DNA of 64,000 nucleotides from Hyphochytrium catenoides (Eukaryota; Protista; Hyphochytriomycota): NCBI GenBank assembly GCA_900088475.1, contig FLMG01000308.1:15557-79556 (forward strand), in the 5' to 3' direction. A program made the position numbers and the translations under genes. The notes beneath the pieces are model-generated. The model was not told the DNA's origin. It saw only the letters and a program-made list of their open reading frames with translations, and searched no databases. Positions 12,374 through 26,026 of this stretch are shown piece by piece. Positions within the stretch are counted from its first letter, which is position 1; every line of letters begins with the position of its first letter.

Positions 12374-15300
12374 ATGTCAGACGAGGATTCTAGTCCGGAG
12401 GGGACCAGCTCCGACGAGAGCGAATCGGAACATATTTCGCCTCAGGCAACGAGCCTTTCCGTCGGGACTGCCGAGCAAGCTCCATCGGAAGAACCTAGCC
12501 AGGACGCGCAGGCCAAAGGCGCGGCGGCGAGCAATTCTTCTGACAGCGGGAATAGCTCCGATTCTTCCTCAGGCTCGGTGACCTCGTCTTCTGAGGATGA
12601 AGGACCTTCCACTGCTAATAAAGCCGTCTCACAGAAGGTGGTAGGGATCCCGCGGCCAGAGAGAGCTTCTCCGGTCACTGTCCTGCCCTCTACGGCCGCA
12701 GTATCACGCTTAGGGGGAACGAGGGGAAACGCGCGGCAGCGACCTCCTGCAGCTTCAGGGCTGGGTCCTGTTGCTCTCGGAGTGGTAAAGCGAGACCGTC
12801 GCAGCATTGAAGAGATCCAGAAGGAGATAAGAGCCAAGAAAGGCGGAGCGGAGGGGCTACCTAGCCGTGCAGGCAGTCCCTCTCCGCCGCTGCGTCCAGT
12901 CATTCGCAGCTCTAGTCGTGCTTCCTCGCCAGTCACAGGCTCTCCTCCTCTCAACCCTCTCACTGGCACTGGATCGGTGGAGAGCAGCGACGATGAGGGC
13001 AGGCTGCCACTACCTCCAAAGCTTGGCCTGGTCCCTGGCGGCCCGGTTGGAATGAAGGTGAAGGGAACAGGAGTGCGAGCGCGATTAGCCAAAAAGCTGG
13101 CTGGAAAGCCTCGGGCGAGGTCTGCAGCTAGCAAGGGAAAGAGTGCTGGAGGCGGGGCAACAGCCGCTGGAAGAACACGTAAAATGAGTAACGGAATGGA
13201 ACTAAATGGCTCAGCTCCAAGCTCTCCCGTCCCAGGTGAGAATGATGCAGCCCCAGGATCAGCGCAAGGGCGAGAGACAGGCCCGAGAAGGCGAAGGAAG
13301 AGCGGAGATGAAGCTTCAGGAGAGGTCTCGACGACAAAGAGCAGGAGGAAGCTCAGCGAGGCAATGAGCAAGGGAGTCGAAAAGTAAGTTCTAGAGAGTT
13401 CTAATGTCTAGTTCCATTCCGTCTCCATCTGGTCGGTTCAGGAGATATCTAAGCAGTCTACTGGATCCTCTTTCTCTGCTGAACCAAAGGACCGTCGCGT
13501 CAGCTAAGGGAAAGAAAGGGGAGAAGAGAGGCGGGGACGAGAGTGGAGGGCAGAAGTTCAAGCTACCCGGATCAGCCCTCAGCCTCTTACCAGGAGCCGT
13601 CGATAAGAAGGATCCCAATGAGAAGGGTACGGAGACACGTCTTACCTTCCATGGCGTTCTGAACCCTGACATTCCCTCCTGTTTTGCGCTGTCTTACTTC
13701 GACTCTTTGATGGAAACAGCCATCGCCGTGATCTTGCATCACCGTCAGGCGCTCCGACTGCCCTCGCATAACTCACTAGCGTCCCACCAAGGGAAAGTTC
13801 GCGGAGTAGACAGCTCCTCCTGCGTACAATGTGACAGGGAGCTCCGAAGTGGACTCTCAACGTCTCAAATGCAGCTTGTCACCGAATATCTGGTTCAATG
13901 GGCAGGGACCTCTCATGTCCATGACACTTGGGAGGTGCAAAGCACGCTTCTTGGGGACAAATACGGAGACCAATCGGTACCTTTGGTGCCAGCTGCGCAG
14001 TTGGTAAACGCCAAGCAGCCTCTATTTCCCATTCCCCAGCGTCAATACCTTCCTTCCGGGTCCCTTGAGACCATCATAATGCCCTGGCTGCGATGAGTTC
14101 GGCTGTTGACAGCCAAGTACTGCCTCTTTGTTCTTGCTATACGGATAACTCTTGTACTTCCTCTCATAATTGTCCTCGTTTACGGCCTGCGATCCCCTTT
14201 GAGCCACTTCTCATCCGAGGCAATTTGTATTATTTTCTTTAGCTGAAGGATTACGAGAGGAAGGTGGAGGCGATTCAGAACATAGACACGTCACAGTTTC
14301 CAGACATGCGGGAGGCCATCAACATGGAGCGTGAGCTTTTCCCTCTGATTTTGAAAAGTTTTACAAGCGTGGAGCGCGTACTGGGGCAGTTAGAACCGGA
14401 AGCGAGCGCTTCCCCTTCTCCAAGCAAAGAGGCACAACTACTCTGCAAATGGAGCGGACTGCCGTATGCTGAGGTAAGCACACGATGTTCCTTTCTCCCT
14501 ATTCTTTGTGTCTCTCCTGCCCATTCTGCAAAGTTTTGTCGGACCACATGATCTCTTCATCTTCCACTCTTCCCAGGGCACTCTTTTGGCATCGTACTCT
14601 TCCACTGACTTAGCGCCCCGGTCGTGCCTATCCTGTAGGCGCATTGGGAGAGAAAAAGTATCGCTGTTTCTTTGTTGGATGGTGAAAAAGAGCTAAATAG
14701 CTACCTGAGGAGAGAGGCGTCAAGACAGCGGGACCAACCATCCATTGTGGAAGCCACTACCGACGAGATCTCTGGCTCATTCAAGCCGTACGTCTACTTC
14801 CATATATACTTCGAACCACACGCATGTCACACCACATGCTCTCTTTCCATCCTCCCTGTAACCTACAACCTGATTGTCCGTCTCCAAACCTCGTGTCCAC
14901 TGCTACTACGCTTGCCCTGCGCCAGTCAACTCATGTCTTAAGCTAGAAGGCATCCCCATTGTCTCATCTCATTCTCTGTGACAGGTTTTCTGGCTCTTCG
15001 CGCTATTTGTCGCAGTCGGTCGTCTTCAGTAAAGACCAACTGCACGCGATAGATTTTATAGTACAGAATTGTATAGAGAAGCGGTCAACGGTTTGCCTAG
15101 ACTGTACCAATCCGCGGACTATTAGTATTGCTAGTAGCGCCTACCTCCTGGACCTCTGTTCTCCCCTCATCCTCCCACCTATCCTTGTGGTGGTACCCTC
15201 TTCGCTTCTCTTTGTTTGGCATGAGGAGTTCAAGAGAGCCGCTCCCTTTTTGACTTGTCTGCTATTTGAAGGCGACGAAAGGTGCGAGCTCGCTCTCTTC

Positions 15301-18300
15301 TCTGGCACGTCTCCGTCGCTTTCTGTCAGTTCTCATGCCCTGTTACGGCTAGCATGTGGACTCACAGTCTCCTAGCTTTGCAGAGTTCCCTCTTCTCCCC
15401 TTGTACCTTTGGCTGAAAACCATTTCAGATTAGCTCTCATGTTTAGGTTTGTTTCAAAGTCTTAGACTTCTGCTCCTTAGCATTATACCCTGCTGCCATT
15501 TCGTGTTGTTCCTTTGTTAGGAGCCGTTCATTATTTATTGCGAAGGAGCTCTCCCAGCGCTGTCAGGTAGTAATAACTAGCTTCAATAGCCTTTTGAAGG
15601 ACAGGGTAAGACCTTACAGCAACCAAGAATGCCACCGTGCGTCTCTATTGTCACTCCACTTTAATGTGTTCTCTGGCATAGCTCTCGTGCTTTCCAGTCT
15701 GGTTTTCCTAGAGACCGGGGTCACTGGCGTGTCCTATAGATGCCCTGCTCTTATGTATCGCCGCAATTGCTTGGATCAATGATAGGCGCTGCATCGACTG
15801 GAGTGGACGGCAGTAATTGTAGATGAAGTCCATTGCCTTCAGAATCCCGAGTCCTCCTTGTTTCAGTCACTTCAGGGCCTACACTGCAGAGCAAAACTTC
15901 TCCTGTTTCAGTCTTCTCGAGGGTCTTCTTTAGCTTCCTTGTGGCCCGCGATGCATCTTGTAGAGGAACATAAGTTCCCGTCAAAGTCATCATTTCGGGC
16001 TCTGGAGGATGCTGTTATGCAAAAGGTATAAAATGACACATAGCGAACACTTAGATGAACACTAGCAGAAGGGGCTCACACCTCAGTTTGCGGATCGACC
16101 TAACGTGGCAGTGGTTATCATTGGGCCACGTTTTCCAGGCAGTGGGACGGAATTGGGAGCGGAGTAAAGCCATAGGTCCTGGGGGGAGGGGACAAGGGTT
16201 AACTAAACATCGAATGCCTTATCTAGGCCTTAAACGGTAGCCATTCTCAAGTAAAGGAGCAAGAACAGAAGGTTCTGCTGGAGGAAGCTGAGATGGCCTT
16301 AGCGTTGAGTGTTCTACTGCTCGCACATCCTCCACCTCGCCAATTTTGCACTGTGATTCCCTGTCAGCTCTCGGCCCTTCAGCGGCGTCTTTACCGCTAT
16401 CTCTGGGCGTCAAACTTCGAGAGCTTGAAAACCGACATAGTCAAGGCTGAAGGGCCTCTTGAGCTCCTAGAGAAGGTCAGTTCTGGGAACTCTGTTGCTA
16501 GCACTTCCACCACTTGCTTCACGTTGGTCTCTTTAGTAGCCTTAGCCCCTTCACGTTGTTCTACGGACGTTGCGGTTGCAAAAGTTCTATGTGACGTTGG
16601 TGGTGTGTCCTTCTACCTTTTAGCTAACCCGTCCGTCGTATAGGTGTGCTCCCACCCAAGCTTAGTAACAGCAAGTCGGAGTGTGCTAGAGTCGAAGTAT
16701 GGGGCGGGCCTGGGCGGCCTGGTCCGGGGTAGCGGGAAGATGAAGGTGCTCGAGCAGCTGTTGACGCGGTGGAGGGATGAGGAGAAGCGATGCGTCATTC
16801 TATCGCACCGCATGAAAATGTTGGACCTCTTAGGAGAGTACTGCATGCTCAATGGCCTCAGGTACTTTTTCTCCTTTCTCATAGTAGCTTAAAAGTGCCT
16901 CCGATCTGGGTCATAGTCCTGAAATGCTCCTTCAGGCTCTGATCAGCTTCATCCGTCCACATTGTCTCGTTACTTTGTTGCTCTTTGGAGCCTTGATCTT
17001 TCTTGGCTGTAACTTCGCTTTAGACTGACTGTCGACTTCTCTCTGCTAGATATCAGCGCGTTGATCGGTCTATGGAGCGTGGTCCCCGAAAGGCGGCGCT
17101 GGGCAGCTTTAACGACCCCACAAGCAAGGACTTGCTGCTGCTTCTTTCCGGGGCTTGCCGAGGGATGGAACTCATGGTGCAGAATGTGGACTTTATTGTT
17201 ATCTTTGACAGGTCGGGCTCCAGCTCCTCAAGGGTTCACTAGGTGGTTTAGGCTCTCTTGTGCCTCCCCGGCCCATAAATATTCCCTTTTGACTGTTGCT
17301 GCTGTCTGGTTCTCTGTCTATATTCTTCATCTGGTTCGTTCGCCACGTGTGTCCCCTGCTTCTTCTCCTGTCCTGTGGAGTTGGGTCGCTTAAGGGGAAA
17401 AATGAGCGGCTAGGCATCCGTAATGCGAGACTCTCCCCTGATATAAGTGCCATTCCTTCGCAATATTAGTGGTCCCTTACCTGAGAAGGACTTGGAAGTG
17501 GCAGAATGGGCAACAATAAACCCTCGGGGCGCTGCTGAGAGTGCAGTTGGGCGGCCATCTTCTTTCCAAGAGGCCTCTTCCACCGGTCTCCGCTTCGTCC
17601 GCCTCGTGGCTTCCGGGTCTGCAGAGTGGTCTCGGACGCAACTTCCAGCGACTGGTCTTGCCTCAGATTCACTGGATAGACCTTCAGATTTCCTGTTTGA
17701 GTATGACAAAGAGGGTAAACTGCAACTCGCCCCACCTCGCATGCGGCGGGGTGAGGTCTTGGCCGCTGAAGTGCAGGTAAGCTTCTGAGCAGCTCCCATC
17801 TTGAACTTAGGAAGACATGGAGTAAGATGGCGAGCGAGAAGAGAGAAGAAGAGAGATTTTGAGATATACATATATATATGTATTATGAGTTGAGAGAGGG
17901 GCGAAGAAGGCTATCTCGTCTCTGTCCGGAGTCATCTCGGCGTTTCCACGCCCCTGTACTTGTTGTCAGTCTTTCCTAGTCCTGCCATGGCTGCATTTAT
18001 ACAACTAAGAGCGGCTTCCCAACTGCTGGCAGAACCTGCAGCCCATCCTGGAGCGGACGCAAGACATTGCAGCGGACCATGCCCTGGATGATTGGCGGAT
18101 CAGTGAGGAGCTTTTAACGTGAGGCATTGTTTTCCTTGTCTATCCTAAAATCTCATTTTGGACTTTGCGTGGGGCTCACCGCACGTCTTCTTCTTGATTC
18201 ACTTCTCTCTGAGCAGCCAATTATCCCAGCACACCACCGTCCTGGAGGGCGCGGAGAGGACGGCGAGAGACCCACTTTCTACCAAATGCTTCCCTTCGTT

Positions 18301-21169
18301 CTCCTCTCGCCGGTCAGTGATAGAAGCATTCAGAAGGCGGGGCCGGCAAGATCTGGACTCGAGATTGCCAAGCCGCTTTGATGTGCTTCTACCCCAGGCT
18401 CTGCGGAATAAGATTTTGGAGGTATGACGAGTCCGGTTTATCGCTCTTTCTTTTGTCTCTCCATTGCTAACGCTCCGTCTTGCTAATGCTGGTCCCACTG
18501 CCTTCTGTCACGATAGGAGGACACCCTTCGCCTAAGCCCGGACTGTACCACTCCCACGGTATCTCTTCCTCCACTGCTTCATCTTCAATACCAATGGCAG
18601 ACCCAGGTGGTACGTGATATGGATGATATCGCTGAGCTCGAAAGCTCAGGAGGGAGAGGAGAAGGGTCGACTATCCTTTCGTCTCTTTCTCCTGATGGGC
18701 TCTTGAGCTTGTACCATGCACTCCTCAGCTGCGCTACATTCGATGACCTTGGCATCAGAAGCTTTGAGACCGACGGTGAGCTAGCTATCTCCTTCATTCC
18801 GTTTCCCATGACTTACGTTTCCATCTGACCCATTCGCTCTTGTTGCAACCACCGTCGTGGATCTCTTCGCTAGCATTATGCCATTTCAAGTTCATGACTG
18901 ACATAATTCCGTCCTTGCGCCAATGCGTCTGTCGAACAGCGTTATAGAGGATAACGTGTGCTCTGCTACTTTGCGCATACTCTTTCTTTGCCTGGGGCGT
19001 CCCACTTCTCTGGCTGACCCTTTCACTCGGCCCTGCTTAGTATGTCTGTTTCTGAGTAAAAGGGCATCGCATGCTGATTCCTATCCTTGTCTCTCTATCT
19101 CAGGCAAGGTGTCCTGGCGCCAGCCAAGTCTTGCGTATCGCTCTCAGCTTGTGAAGACGTTGCGGAAGCCTGAAGCGTTCATCCTCGACTGCGCCAAAAA
19201 ACTCTACTCTAAGTGTGAAGAAGCCGTATGGCAGGCATCTTCGTCATCAGTCTTGGCGAAATCTCCAGAGGAAGCTCTCCTTGTCTTCCCGGTAAACATG
19301 GACCTCTGACCTCCTTTCAGACCTCCGTTGCACCTCTATCTATAGCCTGTACTCTTGGCAGACAGGCTCCGTACCACTTGCCGCGGCTCAACCTATCTTC
19401 AATAGTCACTAAATGAACATCTTCTGACTCTCTGGACTACCTGCTATTTACTACTCTAGGATATTGAACTGAAGGCCTTTCCAGTTGTGGAGAATGTCTG
19501 GCTCTATACGTTGCTAGGCGCTGCACTGCAGCGGGTAGGGAGAGAAAGCAAATCCAGCCTCGACCAGCTTCCGTCTCGGCTCAGTCCAGAGAGGTTGGGG
19601 CTTGTGGAAGGAGTGAGAACCCGAGAACAGCGGGCTTACGAGGAGTTTGAGTGGAGCAGTAGCAAGGTAAGGGCATTCTGCCATGCAGCAGCGCGAGAGG
19701 TGATGCCCCTAAGAGAAGCAAATAAAGGCGAGAGAAGCAGTTTCGGTCTTAGCTTATAGCATACGAAGAACTACGACTGGCTGGGGCAGCCTGCGAGCTT
19801 CCTCTGCTTACTTTATTCTCCTTCCTCTGTTCTTGTCCCTCTTGTGCCCTTACATATCATTCCAGGACATGCGGCTCCTTTTCGGGGTGTATAAGCATGG
19901 GCTCACCTCGTGGAAGGAGGTGGCGGAAGATGCCTCCGTAAACCTGACGCCTCCTAGAGACAAAGGCGGACGTTGGCTGGACTGGCTAAGGAAGCGAGCT
20001 TTCTCTCTTCTCCGGTCTCTTCCTGGCTTGCCGGGCTATGGGAATCCTCTCGAAAGAATAAAGAAGCGAGAGAGACCAGAAGCAGAGCGAGACGTCATAC
20101 GTCAGATCCTTGAGAGGAGAAGAGGTGAACGGGTTGAGAACCCAAGAAAAGGGAGACAATCACCGGAGAAAGAAGTGCGTCAGAAGAGTGATCTCTCTTC
20201 TTTGACCGTTTTTAAATCAGAGAAACTGGAGAGGCCAAAGGAGCCCAGGGAGAGAGGGTCAGATGCTCCCCTTCGAGTAGAAGCGCGTCCACCCTCTCGT
20301 TCTCGTGTCTCTCTCCCGCGTCAACCTCCATCTCCCGCGTCTGGAGAAGCTGCTCGCTCTTCTCCTGCTCCTCCTGCCCCTCAGGCCCTTTCTCAACCAC
20401 CTGCTGTGTCACCTCCTGAGACCCGCCCTGCTTCGTCTAAAGAGGAGACAAGGAAGTCAGAGTCCCTCCTTGGAAAGAGGCCACCTCCATCGTCCTCTTC
20501 AGACACGGTGGCGCCAAGGGTTCCGATAGACTCAGACAATGAAGCTAAAGCAAGGGCTGCACTAAAAGGAGTCAGGAGAACGCTCAAGAAACTTCAAATA
20601 TTCCCAGATTGGGCCAAGGGGAAGGACCCAGAGCTGGTGGCTGGGAAGGTGAGCTACATAGAGGAAGGTCTGAGGCGAAGAGAGACGACGAGAATGGGAA
20701 GGAAAGAGAGAGGAGGAAGAGAGGAAGAAAAGTGACTCGGTGACGGAGAGAGAGGACACGAGGGGGAGAGAGTGTGTGCGAAAGAGCGAAAAGCAGCTTG
20801 CTTTAGAGAAGTCGAGAACTAGTGAGAAGGAAACACGTACAGTGAGATCGTAGAGGTGGCAGGGAAGGGTGAGAGGTGGGCACTCGCCGGCAAATAGGCG
20901 ATGCCGGATGCGGATGTCTGGCCGCCTCATTCTGACTCTCTCTGTACTTTTCTCGTCAGGCTGAGCGCTATGTGATAGAGATAGGAGATGCCATCGCGGC
21001 CGAGCCCGCTGCTCACGCAGATGCTTTGTGGAAATATGCGGCCTCCTACACTTCCGTGAGCCCGCAAGAGCTGAAGGAGATCTACCAGGAGGTGCTAGAG
21101 GAGAGACTGACATGGGCCAAGAGGAAAAAACGGAGGATAGACGGTGAGGGCTCGGCCAGTGCAGGATAA
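12374..21169 (+). CDS. CHD1: CHD1-like chromodomain-helicase protein (multi-exon) with degenerate SNF2 ATPase motifs
   Basis: S/P/K-rich N-terminus. Chromodomain 1 EYLVQWAGTSHVHDTWE (about 13884) and chromodomain 2 ERVLGQ..LLCKWSGLPYAE. SNF2-N: ILVVVPSSLLFVWHEEF, WTAVIVDEVHCLQN, QLSALQRRLY. Helicase-C: CSHPSL, GSGKMKVLEQLL..RCVILSHRMKMLDLLGEY..YQRVD. SLIDE-like DMRLLFGVYKHGLTSWKEV. CHD1 C-terminal (CHCT/DUF4208-like) ALKGVRRTLKKL..VIEIGDAI..ALWKYAASYT..ELKEIY. Confidence 0.85.
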
Positions 21170-21596
21170 GAGCCAAGCAGCTCTGGACTTGGGACAGACC
21201 GATAAGTTATTGCGGGATGCAGGGCTCACGACCAAAGGCCCTATGATTTGGCACATGAGATCTCTCACTTTGGCAATGTGGGTGTGCTTGACTGCCACTC
21301 TTCCTGCATCCTTGGCCAAGAGTCACAGAGAGGCGACTAGGAACTAATTGTCTATCTAGAGAGAGAGAGCTTAAGGAAACGAGAGGACAGTGCATGCGAG
21401 ACAGAGCTGCTGCAGTGATTTATGTCAATATATTTATGATAAGGGCCTCACGACAGGCCTGTCACTGATAACACGGAAGGAATCACACATCTGACGGTCC
21501 ACATAATATGTTACTGAGCCAAACACATAGATAGACACTTTGTCCCCTTGACAAGCTATCTTACTGGCAAGCTCTGAAGAGAACCCGCATATGTTT

Positions 21597-24500
21597 CTAG
21601 TGCGGTGTCTCGATATTCTCCAGCACTTGATACTTGGCCGGGAAGGAGGAAGCTCCTTTACCTGCCTCCAGATCCAACGCTCCCATGGGCTTGCCGCGCT
21701 GTACAGTCGTCTTCATCTCCTTCATGCCGTAGTCTAACTTCATGATGTTAGGCTTGCGATAAGTTTTGAGCAAGAGAGAGGACACCACCACTGAGACAGA
21801 TGACAGTGCCATTGCCAACCCGGCGCAGTATGGCGGGAGTCCCTTGTGGATGATAGGATAGAGCACGCCTGCAGCGATGGGAATGCCGAGCAGATTGTAC
21901 CCAAACGCCCAGATATAGTTGAGACGGATGCGATTAAAGACCACCCGGGAGAGGTCCAGCTGTATAGGACAGGAGAGACAAGAGCAATCAGCAAAAGGCA
22001 TGTCTCTGCTCGGGCACTCTAAGGAGTCTCTTACCGCAGTGACGATATCGCAGAGGTTGGTCCTCACTAGCACCATATCAGCCTGAGCCATGGCGACCTA
22101 CGATAATGCCTTGTATTAGCGCGTTCTCCTTCCCTTTATACTCTTGTCCTAAAGGTCCTTTCCCTCACCTGTGTGCCGGCGCCTATTGCTATGCCAAGGT
22201 CGGCCTTGGCAAGAGCTGGCGCGTCATTAATGCCATCTCCTACCATCGCCACAGTCCTGCCAGCCTGCTGCAGAAGCATAATCTGCCTGACTTTGTCTCC
22301 TGGCAGTGCGACAGCCTTGACATGATTCACATCCAACTGCGCACCGACAGCGGCGGCAGTTCTGATATTGTCGCCTAACATTGCGAAGGATTATGGCGTT
22401 AGCTGGGTGCCTTCGGAGGTCGTCAAGCACTCTAGGCCTTACCTGTGACCATCCATACGTCAACGTTATATCTCTCTCTTAGCACCTGAACCACTCTATG
22501 GGCTTCAGGTCGGATAGTGTCCGCCACAGAGAGCAGTCCTACAATCTTTGCAGGCTCTGCTACACAGACGACAGTCTCGCCTCTATCCTCTAACCTTGCC
22601 ATGGTGTTCTCCTCCTCGTCAGAGAGGAAGAGGGAGTGCTGCTCCATCCAACTCCTGTTGCCGATAAGGATCGTCCGGTCTTCGACCTCACAGCGAAGAC
22701 CCTGTCCCGGCACTATTTCAAACGAAGACGGCTCCGTCAGCTCCAGACCCATCGAAAGCGCAGCTGAGACGATTGTCTGTCCAATCGGGTGCTCACTGTT
22801 CTTCTCTGTTAAGTAATGAGAGAGTGAAGAACCCCAGCCAGAGAAGGAGGGAGTACAGCGATAGAGTGAGAGAAACGAAGAGAAAGCGAGAGATTGTGGG
22901 CGACAAACAACAGTCCACAGTGTTAGCCATCGGTCATTATAACAACTTCTGAAACAGCTCTTCACCTGCAGAAGCGGCCACTCTCATGAGTTCTCTGAGG
23001 TCCCATTCAGGATGAAGGACAATCTTTGAGGCCATGCGAGGCTTGCCCTCTGTAAGAGTTCCAGTCTTATCAAAAACAATGGTGTCGACCTTGTGAGCCA
23101 TTTCAAGGCAGTGCCCACCCTTAATCAGAATGCCGTTTGAGGCCCCGACACCGGTTCCAACCTAAGAAACGAGGGAGGAACACCTTTTAGAAGCGGTGTA
23201 ACCACGGCGACAGAGGTGCTCAATCGACTTACCATGACAGCAGTAGGAGTAGCTAGTCCTAGAGCGCAAGGACAAGCAATCACCACGACGCTAATCGCAA
23301 AAAGGAGAGAAAACACAAAGTTGTCTGCCCCGCTCTCCTCAACCCACTCTTGCGGCACTACGCCGAGAGAAGCGAGAGTAAACCACACCAAGAAGGTGAA
23401 GAACGAAAGAGAGACGACAATCGGTGCGAAAATCGCCGCCACTTTGTCAGAGTACACCTGGATCGGAGCTTTGCTTGTCTGCGCCTCCTCAATCAACTTG
23501 CAGATCTGAGAGATTGCGGACTCGGCCCCTGTGTTGGTCACCCGCACCCACAGCAGACCCTGGAAGCACGATCAATGGCAGACAGGGGAAAGAGAGAGAG
23601 AGAATGCGGCAGGAAAGAAGGGTGATTTAGCACAGGACTTAGTATAGCCACTGGAAGCGCTAAATCTAGTCAGCAACTGTTTGCGCCGCTCCTCTTTGCA
23701 GTCCAGCCGCGCCCCACATCAGCGCTTAGTCTGCGTCTCTATTTCTTTCCTTCCCATTTACCTGCTGATTGATGGTGGCTCCAAAGACCACATCCCCTTC
23801 CTTCTTGGGAACGGGCATGCTCTCTCCAGTGATCATCGACTCGTCAACAGTGGATAGTCCATAGGCCACGACACCGTCAGTAGGGATCTTGCTTCCTGGA
23901 ATGACTTTCAGCAGGTCTCCTCTCTGGACCAACCTCGCATCAATTTCTTCCTCCGCAACTACCTTTCCTGCCTCCTCCCTCAGAAGCACGGCTGTGTGGA
24001 CTTGCATGTCCATAAGCTCCAAAAGGGCTTCAGAGGTCTTGCCCTTGGCGACGGACTCAAGGTACTTCCCAAAGGTAATGAAGAGCAGCAGCATAGCGGA
24101 ACTTTCAAAAAAAGGATGGATGTGGTAGGAAGGCGAGCTGGCGCAGAGAATGAGGATGACCACGGAATAAGAGTAAGTGATTGTGGATCCCAGCACCACT
24201 AAGAAGTCCATGCCAATCATCCGGTGACGTAGTCCAGCATACGCTGCGCGATAGAAGCGATAGCCCACTCCGAACTGCACTGGTGTAGCCTTGGCAGACG
24301 AGAGCGAGAGAGCAGGTGTCAACTTGCAGTCTCACAGCTGGGTAGCGCCCAACCAAGTGGACAGAAGAGCATGCTAGAGAGACAGTTATGCAACGGTATG
24401 CACAGATGGAAGAGAGAAGACAGCTAGCAAGCCAGTAGAACACTACTCACCAGCAGCCCCATGATAAGCGCCATGCGTGTCAAAGAATTGACCACCGGCA

Positions 24501-26026
24501 TCATCAGCCAACGTGCCAAAGGGGTAATCCAAGGTGCTACCATGTGCAGGAACATTGTCGGCAGCGCAAAGATGGAGGCAAATAGGAGAAGACGTCCCCA
24601 GGAGGCGGTGTCGTGAGCTGCAACTGCACGGAAGGAAGAATCAACGTCTGAAGCTGAGACGTCTGACGCTGTAAAGCCCATATCCCGCAACTTTTCCATT
24701 AAGGTTCTGAACACGAAGAGAAGCCAAGTTAGCACTTCAGCCCAGCCAAACAGACGATAAGCAGGTCTTACCTTTTCCCTGTAGCAGCTCTGGGGTCCAA
24801 TTCAACCGTTGCTTTGGTGGATATCAAGCTTACTGAGACGCTTCTGACGCCTGGCAACTGGCTCAAATTATTCTCTATCTTTGCGACGCAAGCGCCACAG
24901 CTCATGCCGCCCACTAGCAGTTCAACACGCTGACCCGAGCCTTCACCCGCATCGGTTGAAAGGTGCTGTGCGCCGTAGCCTCCGCCTTCAATGGCCCCAG
25001 CAATCTTCTTCTCAGAAATAAAGACTGGGTCAAAGAGTACCTAAGGCCATCCAGAGTGAGAAGGTGGCAGAATGAAGAACTAGAGTAAGGAGCGCGTAAG
25101 ATTGACGGAGAAGTGGACGAGACAGAGGCAAACACATGCTATGTAGAACAGGGGCTACGGAGTCCAAGGTGAACGAAGTGCCTCACCTCTGCCCTTTGCG
25201 ATAGGAGTCCGATCTTAGCGTCCTTAATCCCGTCTAACTCATAGAGAATGTCTTCAATACTTTTCACACAGGCTGCACAGCTCATCCCCGAAACACTGAA
25301 GAAGCCACGCGAATAGGCGGTGGATCCATCTGAGTCTCGCCGAGGCTTTTCCCTCCTCTTTTCTCCTGCAGGAGAAAGAGTGGACGACAGAGGGCGCCTT
25401 CGTCTTCTTCCTGTCGCAGTGGTACCACTGCTTTCTGGCCCATCTACATCGCGAGCTACTCTCTCTTCCTGAGAATCCGTCCGTACCCTCTTGGGCTGCG
25501 CCAATGTGGCCCCAAAACCCACGTCTTCCACTGCAGAGATGAGTGCGGCGAGTCCTGCGGTTCCCCGGACTGTGGCAGTGTGTGTGGGGAAGTCAACAAC
25601 GGCGCTGGTGACACCTTCCACGCCTCTGAGAGCTGTTTGCACCGTGTTTCCACAGTTCTTCATGCACATCATCCCGTCAATTGCTAGCATGATCGTCCCT
25701 TCCTCAACTTTACCTCCTCCGGGCCCTACCTGAGGCTTGCCAGCCGCTGCCGGACGAGAGTCAGAGATAAGCTCTGCATCAAAGCCAACAGCCTCTACAG
25801 CGTCAATGAGGTCAGACACTGGGGCCGCCCCAAGCACGGTGGCGGACTTGTGCTCGAAGCTGACGTTGGCTTCGTCAACTCCTGGAACCGCTCGAAGGGC
25901 GTTCTGAACCGTGTTCCCACAATTCTTCATGCACATCATCCCTTCAATGCCCAGAACCACGGCGCCGTCAGTGTCCCCGCGATGAGGCCGCCGTCTAGCC
26001 TTTAGGTGAGGCGTTTCGTCCATCAT
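21597..26026 (-). CDS. Copper-transporting P1B-1 ATPase (ATP7/RAN1/HMA5-like), multi-exon
   Basis: Four HMA domains (2x [22 protein letters not shown]), [20 protein letters not shown] (about 23060), [22 protein letters not shown] in TM7 and MALSS in TM8. Confidence 0.96.

Noticed and set aside
12442-13371. 309-aa minus-strand ORF
   Set aside because: Antisense shadow of the GC-rich first exon of the CHD1-like gene; no independent motifs.
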